The position numbers and the translations under genes were made by a program. Below are positions 18,494 through 27,113 of a DNA stretch of 64,000 bases, one piece after another. Source of the stretch: an uncultured Oscillospiraceae bacterium (GTDB lineage: Bacteria > Bacillota > Clostridia > UMGS1883); the NCBI GenBank assembly GCA_964551215.1, contig CAZKBV010000001.1:5412-69411 (forward strand). The letters run 5' to 3'. A model generated the notes under the pieces. The model was given only the letters and a program-made list of their open reading frames with translations. It ran no database searches and had not been told where the DNA came from. The stretch's first letter is position 1. Every line of letters begins with the position of its first letter.

Positions 18494-19978
18494 TTATTCA
18501 AAATATTTGAGGGCCTCCTCCATCTGAACGTCGATTACCTTTTCCAGATTTTCGTATTCATAGTCCGCAATTTTAAGGGCTGTGTAGAAATCCAGCTCCC
18601 CCGTTTCCTCCAGCTTGCTCACCCGCTGAAACACCTTTATGGCGTTGGCGGTAAGGGAATTAAATTCCCCGTCCGCTTCCTCCTCGGGAATAAGATTCAC
18701 AGCGGCAAGGCGCTGTTCTATCGCAAGCTTTGTCTGAAAACATTCCAAATCCTCAAAGACAATCTTTTCAAAGGAGTCGGTATCTACGGGAACGACAATA
18801 TTTTCAACCTCAATATCCGGCGTAAGCCCCACGGTGTTTATCCGTTCGTCATTTATGGAAAAATATTCGCCTACGGTGAATTTAAGTCCGCTTCCGGTGG
18901 GAGTGCGCATTACAGCCTGCATACAGCCCTTGCCGTAGGTCTGAGTACCCATGAGCTTAGCCCGTCCCCTGCTTTGAAGAGCCATAGCGAGAAATTCCGC
19001 CGCGGACGCCGTGTTTTCGTTCACCAAGACCAGCATCTTCCAGTCGGGAGCGTTAAGGTTTTCGGAATACACGGTTTCTTCCTCACTGCCGCCTTTCATG
19101 CGCTTAATTTTGGCGATGTACCCTGCCGGAATGAGCTTCTGTGCCACGGAAATCGCCGCTTCCAAATCGCCGCCCCCGTTATCGCGAAGGTCGATTATCA
19201 TATTTTTCACTCCGCTGCCCCTGAGCGCTTCAATATATTTGTCAAACTCCCCGGGCAGAGAGCCTGTAAAGGATTCAATGCCTATATATGCTGTTTTATC
19301 GTTTAAGAGCTTCATGGAGGAATGGCTTTCCTCAACCTTGCCTCGTACCGCGTAAAGGTTCATGACTTCCTCGCCTCGACGAACGGTTATTTTAACGGTG
19401 GTGCCGTCCTCGCCCACAATAAGCTCCCTGACCTGTGCCGGAGCAAAGCCGCTTGTGTCAACTCCGTCTACGGCGATGATAACGTCTCCGCTTATAATGC
19501 CGGCATTTTCCGCTCCGCCGCCGACATACACGCTGTCAACCACTGTGCCGCTCCCCTGCGGAGCCAGCACAACGCCTATTCCGATAAACGAGCCGTTAAA
19601 ATATTCCGCCTGCGATTCATACACCTCCGGCGGGTAGTACTCGGCGTAATCGTCATCCAAAAAATCTATCATGGCTTTAAGCGCCAAATCCAAATCGAAC
19701 TGACCGCCGTTATCAATGGTCGCGCAGAGCATGGCGTACAGCAGATTGTTGTCGGACACACCGTAAAAATAGCTGTCCGCTATAAGGTGGCCGTAATACC
19801 GTATTATATCCTGCTGTTGAGCAGGGGTGAAGGTTTTTTTTGCGCTTTCCTCCGTTTTCTCAGTCTCCGCCGCCTGTTCGGTCTGCGCCAAGGGCTCCTC
19901 CGAGGGGATATCCTCGGCGAAAACAGGAGTAAGCAGGCACGAGAAAGCGAGCAGCAAAGCCAATAATTTCTTTTTCAT
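18494..19978 (-). CDS. S41 family C-terminal processing peptidase with signal peptide
   Basis: Signal peptide MKKKLLALLLAFSCLLTPVFA. PDZ region GDVIIAVDG. Catalytic region DLRDNGGGDL and Ser/Lys dyad context. C-terminal peptidoglycan-binding-like repeat. Confidence 0.8.
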   Translation of the reverse strand: MKKKLLALLLAFSCLLTPVFAEDIPSEEPLAQTEQAAETEKTEESAKKTFTPAQQQDIIRYYGHLIADSYFYGVSDNNLLYAMLCATIDNGGQFDLDLALKAMIDFLDDDYAEYYPPEVYESQAEYFNGSFIGIGVVLAPQGSGTVVDSVYVGGGAENAGIISGDVIIAVDGVDTSGFAPAQVRELIVGEDGTTVKITVRRGEEVMNLYAVRGKVEESHSSMKLLNDKTAYIGIESFTGSLPGEFDKYIEALRGSGVKNMIIDLRDNGGGDLEAAISVAQKLIPAGYIAKIKRMKGGSEEETVYSENLNAPDWKMLVLVNENTASAAEFLAMALQSRGRAKLMGTQTYGKGCMQAVMRTPTGSGLKFTVGEYFSINDERINTVGLTPDIEVENIVVPVDTDSFEKIVFEDLECFQTKLAIEQRLAAVNLIPEEEADGEFNSLTANAIKVFQRVSKLEETGELDFYTALKIADYEYENLEKVIDVQMEEALKYFE

Positions 19979-20035
19979 AGTTTTTATCCTTTCATTTTAT
20001 CAATAGCCGCGGGAACAGCTTTTTATCCCATTCTC

Positions 20036-20656
20036 TCACCTATGATTTTCGCCGGAGCCGTATTCCCGCAGTTTATTAACCGCGTTTCCCAGCAGAACAT
20101 ACCTGCTTGCGGCAGCGCGCGTACCCCTTTCTCCCATTCCCAAAAGGTCGTAAAATCTCTGCGCGGCGGCGAGAAGATATGCCTCCGCGTCGAAAAACAC
20201 CGACCAAAGCAGCCTTATTTCCTCGTCCTCATTAAAAATCAGCTCCCCGCCGCAGAAGCATTTGCGCTGTCTTAAAACGTCGGCCAGCCTCGCAATCGGA
20301 TAAACCCTCTCAAATTCCGGACTTTCAAGGGGAGGCAGCTTTATTTTGGGTATTGTAAAATTCCTGTCCAGAGCTTTAATCATAAAGTCCGGCCTGAGGG
20401 AAAAATTTATATACCCGTTTTCCGCGAAAGCCGTGTCTCCTTCGGGAAGCGCTATGCCTTCCGTAAGAAGGATGGCCGTTTCGGCGGGATTTCTTCCCAA
20501 GGCCGCCGCCAGCGGAAACGCCGCCGCCGTGCAAAGACCGGCTCCCCCGCCTTTCGGGCGCGTTATCCTCACCGGAATTTCAGCTTCGCAAAGCCCGCGG
20601 GCGGCTAAGCTCACGCTTTTCCTAAGCTCCTCCTTTTTTCCCTCAGCCGGACTCAT
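20036..20656 (-). CDS. Hypothetical protein
   Basis: 206-aa ORF with a 4-nt ATGA overlap to the downstream DUF1934 gene. No family confidently recognised. Confidence 0.4.
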   Translation of the reverse strand: MSPAEGKKEELRKSVSLAARGLCEAEIPVRITRPKGGGAGLCTAAAFPLAAALGRNPAETAILLTEGIALPEGDTAFAENGYINFSLRPDFMIKALDRNFTIPKIKLPPLESPEFERVYPIARLADVLRQRKCFCGGELIFNEDEEIRLLWSVFFDAEAYLLAAAQRFYDLLGMGERGTRAAASRYVLLGNAVNKLREYGSGENHR

Positions 20657-21069
20657 ACCCTCACCTTAACCGAAACATGATTCCTGCTTCTGGCAACATT
20701 ATTTATCGTGAGATTGTAATCTATATCCAACGTTCCGCCGTTGTCGTCAAGGTCAATATTCACCTTTCCCGCCGTAACGCTTACGGTGAGATTGCCGAAA
20801 TCCGTTTCGTAACAGCTCATATGGCAGCGATCCTTTTCAAATATCATCTGGGTATTTGCTTCTCCGCTGCGGAGCATTGTAACAATTCCTTCGGGATTCA
20901 CCTTTATGGTGGTATTACATTTGCTTCTGCCGAGAAGCTCCCCTTCGGTATAATGTATGTAATACTTTCCGTTCTTTTTTCTGAGCCGCCCCTCGGTAGA
21001 ATAGTTCATGCTGTCGGTTTCGCCGTCGGCGGTGACGCTTCCTCTTATTTCAACATATACGTTTTTCAT
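20653..21069 (-). CDS. DUF1934 (YwiB-like) beta-barrel domain protein
   Basis: 138 aa. Repeating beta-strand pattern and length typical of DUF1934 proteins found near murI in Firmicutes. Confidence 0.5.
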   Translation of the reverse strand: MKNVYVEIRGSVTADGETDSMNYSTEGRLRKKNGKYYIHYTEGELLGRSKCNTTIKVNPEGIVTMLRSGEANTQMIFEKDRCHMSCYETDFGNLTVSVTAGKVNIDLDDNGGTLDIDYNLTINNVARSRNHVSVKVRV

Positions 21070-21091
21070 AAATTTTCTCCGTAAGCATTGT

Positions 21092-21892
21092 CTATATCTC
21101 TATTTGTGTTACGTTGGCGCCTATAGGCCTGCCCAAGAACAGACTGCCAAGCTCCGCGAAGCTGTCGGGGCTGTCGGAAACGTAGAACTCATAGCTGCCG
21201 TTTTCCTTTTTATCCGAAAGCTTCCCTTCGCGGGCAAGCGCCTTTTTGCCGTATTTAGCGGCTTCCGCTCCGGGGGAGATTAGCTCCACCCCTTCACCCA
21301 TTATATCACCTATAACTCTTTCAAGCAAGGGGTAATGTGTGCATCCCATGATAAGAGTATCCACTCCCGCATTTTTAAGGGGAGTGAGGTAATCAATGGC
21401 TATCATTCTCGCGGCCTCGCTGTCGGCGTAGCCGTTTTCCGCAAGAGGAACAAACATGGGGCAGGCGTTGCTGAAAACCTGAATGTCCGGGTTTTGTTCC
21501 TTAATTGTACTGGCGTACTTATCGCTTCTTATTGTTCCGATTGTTCCTATTACGCCGATTTTGCCGTTTTTGGTGCTTCGCAGTGCGCCGTAGACCGCCG
21601 GCTCTATTACTCCGATTATCTTTATTCCGTAGTCCTTTTCCACATATGGCAGAGCCACGCTGCTGGCTGTGCCGCAGGCCACCATAATAGCCTTTATATT
21701 GTGGCGCAGAAGGAACTCTATGTCGTCTCTGGTATATCGTATTATGGTGTCGCGGCCCTTGTTGCCGTAAGGCACCCTTCCGGTGTCGCCGAAATATATT
21801 ATATCCTCATTGGGCATGGCTTTGATTATCTGCTTTACGGCCGTAAGCCCTCCGAGGCCGCTGTCAAAAACTCCGATAGGACGATTATCCAT
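21092..21892 (-). CDS. murI: Glutamate racemase
   Basis: PIGVFDSGLGGLTAV N-terminal motif and a second GTAS/CTHYP active-site region. ATG at 21892 has a GGAGG RBS. The ORF track extends 27 codons upstream to 21973. Confidence 0.85.
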   Translation of the reverse strand: MDNRPIGVFDSGLGGLTAVKQIIKAMPNEDIIYFGDTGRVPYGNKGRDTIIRYTRDDIEFLLRHNIKAIMVACGTASSVALPYVEKDYGIKIIGVIEPAVYGALRSTKNGKIGVIGTIGTIRSDKYASTIKEQNPDIQVFSNACPMFVPLAENGYADSEAARMIAIDYLTPLKNAGVDTLIMGCTHYPLLERVIGDIMGEGVELISPGAEAAKYGKKALAREGKLSDKKENGSYEFYVSDSPDSFAELGSLFLGRPIGANVTQIEI

Positions 21893-21948
21893 AATTAACC
21901 TCCGTCGCGCCGCTTCAAGCGGCGCAGATGTCATTGCCTCTACCGCAT

Positions 21949-22824
21949 TTACAATACAAGCATTTTTTCCCAAAATCCGCCCTGATGGTTTCGGAAAAAT
22001 ATTCCCGTCCGCCCGTCGCTGTAAATTTCCATAAACGCGCTTCGGACGGCGTTTCCCCGCCCATGCTCAAGGCTCGCGATATCAATTTGAGTGAGAAAAT
22101 GCCCGTCGGCGGCGCTTATCTGCCGCCCCCAATCCTTGCCGGCCCACCGGCTGTCGCCGATATGGGCGTGACCGTAAACATGGAGAAGCACGTTTTCCCC
22201 TATGGGAAAATATTCCCCCATATATTCAGTGGCGCGATTGCCGCCGGGATAGGCATAGTGGCTGACGGTTATGACCTTTTTTCTTTTATCGCGCTCCCGC
22301 GCCAAGGCTCTGTAATCCGTTGAGTTATAGGGATATCCCGTGCCGAAAGGCCTTCCGTGGCAAAAATACCAGCTCCCGTCGGCGGCGGCGTGATCCGCTA
22401 TAAACAAAACGTCCGTGTCTCCCAGCTTATCCCAGAAAAAGAAGTCGCTGACGCATTTTGTGGTTTTCCAGCCTTCGGCGCTGTGGGAGAGGACCATTTC
22501 CCGAAAGGGCATAACGGCCTCGCCAAAGCGGGAAACATAATCCATATCGTGATTCCCCGGACAGTAGCACACAGGAACGCCTATTTCGGAAAAGACCTTC
22601 TCCTGCATTTTCGTCATTTCCCAAAGATGCTCTAAGTTTGCGCCTTCAACGCTGTCGCCTAAATACCATATTTTTTCACAGGGCAGATTCAGCTTTTTGA
22701 AATCCTCGTAGGCGATGTACATACATTGCCTGCTTCGAGCCGGATCGTGCTGCTGAAGGTCGCTTATGAGCCACACCCTATGGGATACATACATGGAAGC
22801 TGCCCGAAGAAATTCGTCTATCAT
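21949..22824 (-). CDS. Calcineurin-like metallophosphoesterase
   Basis: Phosphoesterase motifs GDSVEG, GNHD, and GHAH near the C-terminus. Confidence 0.7.
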   Translation of the reverse strand: MIDEFLRAASMYVSHRVWLISDLQQHDPARSRQCMYIAYEDFKKLNLPCEKIWYLGDSVEGANLEHLWEMTKMQEKVFSEIGVPVCYCPGNHDMDYVSRFGEAVMPFREMVLSHSAEGWKTTKCVSDFFFWDKLGDTDVLFIADHAAADGSWYFCHGRPFGTGYPYNSTDYRALARERDKRKKVITVSHYAYPGGNRATEYMGEYFPIGENVLLHVYGHAHIGDSRWAGKDWGRQISAADGHFLTQIDIASLEHGRGNAVRSAFMEIYSDGRTGIFFRNHQGGFWEKMLVL

Positions 22825-24347
22825 TATTTCACAAGACTTTCGCCGGTCATTTCCTTAGGCTGCTCAATACCCATAAGCTTAAGCATTGTGGGGGCAATAT
22901 CCGCAAGGCGGCCGTCCGATTTGGAAATCGCGCAGTCCGCGCCCACAACAATAAAGGGAACCGGATTTGTGGTGTGAGCGGTAAAGGGGGCCTTTGTCAC
23001 GGGGTCGATAAGCTGGTCGGCATTGCCGTGGTCGGCGGTTATGCATACGACGCCGCCCTTTTTGAGAACAGCCTCCGTCACTTGGCCTACGCAGTCGTCA
23101 ACAGCTTCAACGGCCTTTATTGTCGCCGGAATAATTCCCGTATGACCCACCATGTCGCAGTTGGCGAAGTTAAGAATGATAACATCAAACTTGTCGGCCT
23201 CAATTTCCTTTATAACGGCATCTTTGACCTCGTAAGCGCTCATTTCGGGCTTAAGGTCAAAGGTGGGAACATCGGGGGACTGAATGAGTATTCTTTCCTC
23301 CCCGGGGAACTGCTTTTCCTCGCCGCCGTTAAAGAAGAAGGTAACGTGGGCGTACTTTTGGGTTTCGGCAATTCTGAGCTGTGTAAGCCCAAGCTTGCTT
23401 ATATATTCGCCGAAGGTCATGGTGAGAGCCTCGGGAGGATAGGCCACGGTAACGTTGGGCATAGCCGCGTCGTACTGAGCCATGCACACGTAATTTACGG
23501 GGAAGAAGCCCTTCCTTCTCTCAAAGCCCTTAAACTCCGGATCAACAAAAGCACGGGTTATCTGACGGGCGCGGTCGGGGCGGAAGTTGAAGCAGATAAC
23601 GCTGTCGCCCTCCTTTATTACGCCGTCGCCATCCACTACCGTGGGGACGACAAATTCGTCCGTAACGCCGTTGGCATAGGAATTTTTGATTGCTTCAACG
23701 GGGTCGGTTTCCTTAATTCCTTCGCCCATTACCATAGCGTCGTAGGCCTTTTCCACCCGATCCCACGCGTTGTCGCGGTCCATAGCGTAATAACGGCCGG
23801 AAATCGTGGCAACCTTGCCCAAACCGATTTCATTCATCTTTTCGACAAGCTGAGCCATATAGTCCGCGCCGGAGGAAGGAGGAGTGTCACGTCCGTCAAG
23901 GAAAGCGTGAACATACGCCTTTTCAACTCCCAGCCTTTTAGCCATAGCTATAAGTCCGTAAAGATGCTCGTTGTGGCTGTGTACGCCGCCGTCGGAGAGA
24001 AGCCCGCACAGGTGCAGAGCCTTTCCGCCCTTTGCGGCGGCTTCCATATTCGCCTTCAGCACGGGATTGTTTATTATTGCGCCGTCATTGATATCCTTGG
24101 ATATCTTCACAAGCATCTGATAAACTATTCTTCCGGCGCCGATGTTGGTGTGGCCCACCTCGCTGTTGCCCATCTGACCGTCGGGAAGCCCTACGTCAAG
24201 GCCGCTGGCGGAAATTATGGTGTTGGGGCAATTGGCCGTATATTTGTCAAGGTTGGGCTTTTTTGCCGCCATAACGCAGTTGCCCTCCTCGTTGGGGTTA
24301 ATGCCGTAGCCGTCCATGATAAGCAGAGCAATAGGTTTCTTAGACAT
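22824..24347 (-). CDS. gpmI: 2,3-bisphosphoglycerate-independent phosphoglycerate mutase
   Basis: MSKKPIALLIMDGYG...GNSEVGHTNIGAGRIVYQ is a canonical iPGM. Start placed at the ATG with a GGAGGTAATAAAT RBS. The ORF track extends to 24413. The start coordinate is uncertain by about a base. Confidence 0.85.
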   Translation of the reverse strand: MSKKPIALLIMDGYGINPNEEGNCVMAAKKPNLDKYTANCPNTIISASGLDVGLPDGQMGNSEVGHTNIGAGRIVYQMLVKISKDINDGAIINNPVLKANMEAAAKGGKALHLCGLLSDGGVHSHNEHLYGLIAMAKRLGVEKAYVHAFLDGRDTPPSSGADYMAQLVEKMNEIGLGKVATISGRYYAMDRDNAWDRVEKAYDAMVMGEGIKETDPVEAIKNSYANGVTDEFVVPTVVDGDGVIKEGDSVICFNFRPDRARQITRAFVDPEFKGFERRKGFFPVNYVCMAQYDAAMPNVTVAYPPEALTMTFGEYISKLGLTQLRIAETQKYAHVTFFFNGGEEKQFPGEERILIQSPDVPTFDLKPEMSAYEVKDAVIKEIEADKFDVIILNFANCDMVGHTGIIPATIKAVEAVDDCVGQVTEAVLKKGGVVCITADHGNADQLIDPVTKAPFTAHTTNPVPFIVVGADCAISKSDGRLADIAPTMLKLMGIEQPKEMTGESLVK

Positions 24348-24409
24348 ATTTATTACCTCCATACCGACAGAGGGACGCCGAAACGCCCCTCCGAAAATTT
24401 CTTTGGAAT

Positions 24410-25162
24410 TCATTTAGCCGCTTCAACTATCTTCGCGAAGTCGGCCGATTTAAGAGATGCGCCGCCGATAAGGCCGCCGTCGATATTCGGCTTTGCAAGA
24501 AGCTCGGCCGCGTTTGCGCCGTTCATGCTGCCGCCGTATTGTATTGTAATTTCCTTGGCCGTTTTCTCGCTGTAAAGCGAAGCGAGAACGCCGCGGATAG
24601 CTCCGCAGACCTCCTCGGCCTGGTCGGCAGTGGCGGTTTTGCCTGTGCCGATAGCCCAGATAGGCTCGTAGGCCACAACAACCTTTTCGGCGTCACCTTC
24701 GGAAATTCCCGCAAAGGCCTTCTTTATCTGAATGTTTATAACATCCATGGTAATTCCGGCTTCACGCTGGCTTAGGCTTTCGCCTACGCACAGAATAGGG
24801 ATAAGCCCCTTCGCGAGAGCCTTTTTAACCTTAAGGTTAACGGTTTCGTCCGTTTCGGCAAAGTACTGACGGCGCTCGCTGTGGCCTATTATTACATACT
24901 TAACGCCTAAATCTAAGAGCATATCCGCGCTTACCTCGCCGGTATATGCGCCCTTATCCTCAAAATGAAGGTTTTCGGCGCCTATGGCAACGTGAGTTTT
25001 TTCCGCGCCCTTAACAGCCTCGGCAAGATTTACAAAGGGAGTGCAGCATACGACTTGGCACAGCGCCCCTTCGGTAGCCTTGGCAACCTCTTTTACATAT
25101 TCGCGTGTTTCCGAGGGAAGCTTATTCATCTTCCAGTTCCCGGCAATAATATATTTTCCCAT
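24410..25162 (-). CDS. tpiA: Triosephosphate isomerase
   Basis: IIAGNWKMNK, AIGAENLHF, IIGHSERR, AYEPIWAIGTGK motifs. Confidence 0.9.
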   Translation of the reverse strand: MGKYIIAGNWKMNKLPSETREYVKEVAKATEGALCQVVCCTPFVNLAEAVKGAEKTHVAIGAENLHFEDKGAYTGEVSADMLLDLGVKYVIIGHSERRQYFAETDETVNLKVKKALAKGLIPILCVGESLSQREAGITMDVINIQIKKAFAGISEGDAEKVVVAYEPIWAIGTGKTATADQAEEVCGAIRGVLASLYSEKTAKEITIQYGGSMNGANAAELLAKPNIDGGLIGGASLKSADFAKIVEAAK

Positions 25163-25186
25163 GTCGATTATCTCCTTTTAGGTCAA

Positions 25187-26380
25187 TTACTTGTCGTTAA
25201 GAGCGGCAATACCGGGAAGGTCTTTGCCTTCGAGATATTCCAGGCTCGCGCCGCCGCCGGTGGAGATATGAGTCATCTTGTCGCCAAGGCCCGCCTGATT
25301 TACGGCAGCAACGCTGTCGCCGCCGCCGATTACAGTGGTTGCGCCGTCGAGAGTCGCAAGCACCTGAGCGATTGCGTTTGTACCCTTCGCGAAGTTGCTC
25401 ATTTCAAACACGCCCATAGGTCCGTTCCAAACAACGGTTTTCGCGTCCTTAAGCACATTGCTGAAAAGCTCGATGGTCTTGGGGCCGATATCCAGTCCCT
25501 GCCAGCCGGCTTCGATGCCGCCTTCGGGAACTACCTTGCTTTCCGCGTCGTTGTCAAACGCCTTCGCGACAACCGTATCAACGGGAAGAACAAGCTTATC
25601 CCCGGCCTTGGCCATCATATCCTTCGCGTAGTCAACGAAATCGGCCTCAAGAAGGGAATCGCCCACCTCCTGGCCCTTGGCCTTCATGAATGTATACGCC
25701 ATTCCGCCGCCGATAATAAGCTTATCAACCTTGTCGAGAAGGTTTTCGATAACGGAGATTTTGCTGGAAACCTTGCTTCCGCCAAGAATGGCAACCAAAG
25801 GACGAACGGGCGCGTTTACCGCATTGCCGAGATACATAATTTCCTTCTGAATAAGGTATCCGGCGACTGCCGTATCGAGATATTCCGTTACGCCCACGTT
25901 GGAGCAGTGAGCGCGGTGAGCCGTACCGAAAGCGTCGTCAACGAATATATCCGCCAGAGAAGCAAGCTCCTTGCTGAAGGCTTCGCCGTTCTTTGTTTCT
26001 TCCGCTCTGTAGCGGGTGTTTTCAAGAAGCACTACGTCGCCGTCCTTCATTTCGGCAACAGCCTTCTTCGCGTTTTCGCCCACTACCTCGGCGTCAGCCG
26101 CAAAAACAACGTCCTTTCCCAGCTTTTCGCTGAGTCTCTTCGCAACGGGAGCGAGAGAAAGCTCCGGCTTGGGTTCTCCCTTGGGCTTGCCTAAGTGGGA
26201 GCAGAGAATTACCTTTGCGCCGTTATCAATAAGATACTGAATTGTGGGCAGAGCGGCGACGATTCTTGTTTCGTCCGTAATTACTCCGTCCTTCAGCGGA
26301 ACGTTAAAGTCGCAGCGGACAAGAACCCTTTTGCCCTTTACTTCAACATCCTCGATGGTCTTTTTGTTTGTCATGCTCAT
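25187..26380 (-). CDS. pgk: Phosphoglycerate kinase
   Basis: [34 protein letters not shown] motifs. ATG at 26380 with a GAGGTG RBS. The ORF track extends 3 codons further upstream. Confidence 0.9.
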   Translation of the reverse strand: MSMTNKKTIEDVEVKGKRVLVRCDFNVPLKDGVITDETRIVAALPTIQYLIDNGAKVILCSHLGKPKGEPKPELSLAPVAKRLSEKLGKDVVFAADAEVVGENAKKAVAEMKDGDVVLLENTRYRAEETKNGEAFSKELASLADIFVDDAFGTAHRAHCSNVGVTEYLDTAVAGYLIQKEIMYLGNAVNAPVRPLVAILGGSKVSSKISVIENLLDKVDKLIIGGGMAYTFMKAKGQEVGDSLLEADFVDYAKDMMAKAGDKLVLPVDTVVAKAFDNDAESKVVPEGGIEAGWQGLDIGPKTIELFSNVLKDAKTVVWNGPMGVFEMSNFAKGTNAIAQVLATLDGATTVIGGGDSVAAVNQAGLGDKMTHISTGGGASLEYLEGKDLPGIAALNDK

Positions 26381-26436
26381 TTGAATCACCTCATAATATA
26401 TTTTGATATTTTTACATCACATATCTATACACGTAT

Positions 26437-26464
26437 ATTATACCACCTTTTCCCCGAATTGCAA
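26437..26464 (-). promoter_or_regulatory. Near-consensus sigma-A promoter for pgk-tpiA-gpmI
   Basis: On the minus strand: TTGCAA (26459-26464), 16-nt spacer, TATAAT (26437-26442). Confidence 0.5.
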
Positions 26465-27050
26465 GAAAAAAATTATATAAATTTGAATTTAATTTACAAT
26501 TTATTTTCTGACCATGCCGACATATTCCGTTATGTTATAATATAATAAGAAATTTGAACAAAAGGCAGCTTTAAAAGCCTTATTTTGAAAAGCCGCAATA
26601 CAGCGCATTTAAAAAAATCGCCATTGCCGCGCGGAAAGTAGGTGGTTTCGCGGAATATGCGTTCATGAAGCGAAAGGCAAAATAAAAAAGCTTGTTAAAC
26701 TGACGGAGCAGCTTAACAAGCTCGGGCTAAAGGTTTTAGAACTGCTTGGCACTATAACACTGATAGCCTTATCAATTAAATCACTATCGGAGATGATTTA
26801 ATTGACGGAAGCCAAACCGAGGGGCGGCCCCCTCGGGGCGGCATACCGTTAAAATAAATATACCACACGGAAAGGAGATTGTCAAGAGTGATTAAAGATA
26901 TTTTCACTGCTTCGGGAATAATATATACAATTGCATTGACCGTGCTTTTTACAACCGAAAAAACAGCCGCCACAAGCCGAAGCCGCAGGGCTTCTTTTTT
27001 ATATATTTCCCTGTTTATTTTAATTATCTGTAAACTTATTTTGTCATCTC

Positions 27051-27079
27051 TTGACAAAATCCGAGTTACAAACTATAAT
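27051..27079 (+). promoter_or_regulatory. Consensus sigma-A promoter upstream of the dockerin/GH73 gene
   Basis: TTGACA (27051-27056), 17-nt spacer, TATAAT (27074-27079). It lies inside the 5' end of the long ORF 27051..29141, so that ORF's annotated start cannot be real. Confidence 0.55.
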
Positions 27080-27113
27080 AAAAAAAGTTTATTGCAGTTG
27101 GAAGTGTCTTTTT

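Noticed and set aside
22974-26194. 533-aa and 409-aa plus-strand ORFs
   Set aside because: Antisense to gpmI, tpiA and pgk, which have unambiguous glycolytic-enzyme signatures.
26776-27057. 93-aa minus-strand ORF
   Set aside because: Overlaps the strong hairpins at 26767-26838 and the plus-strand promoter, and has no RBS. Judged non-coding.
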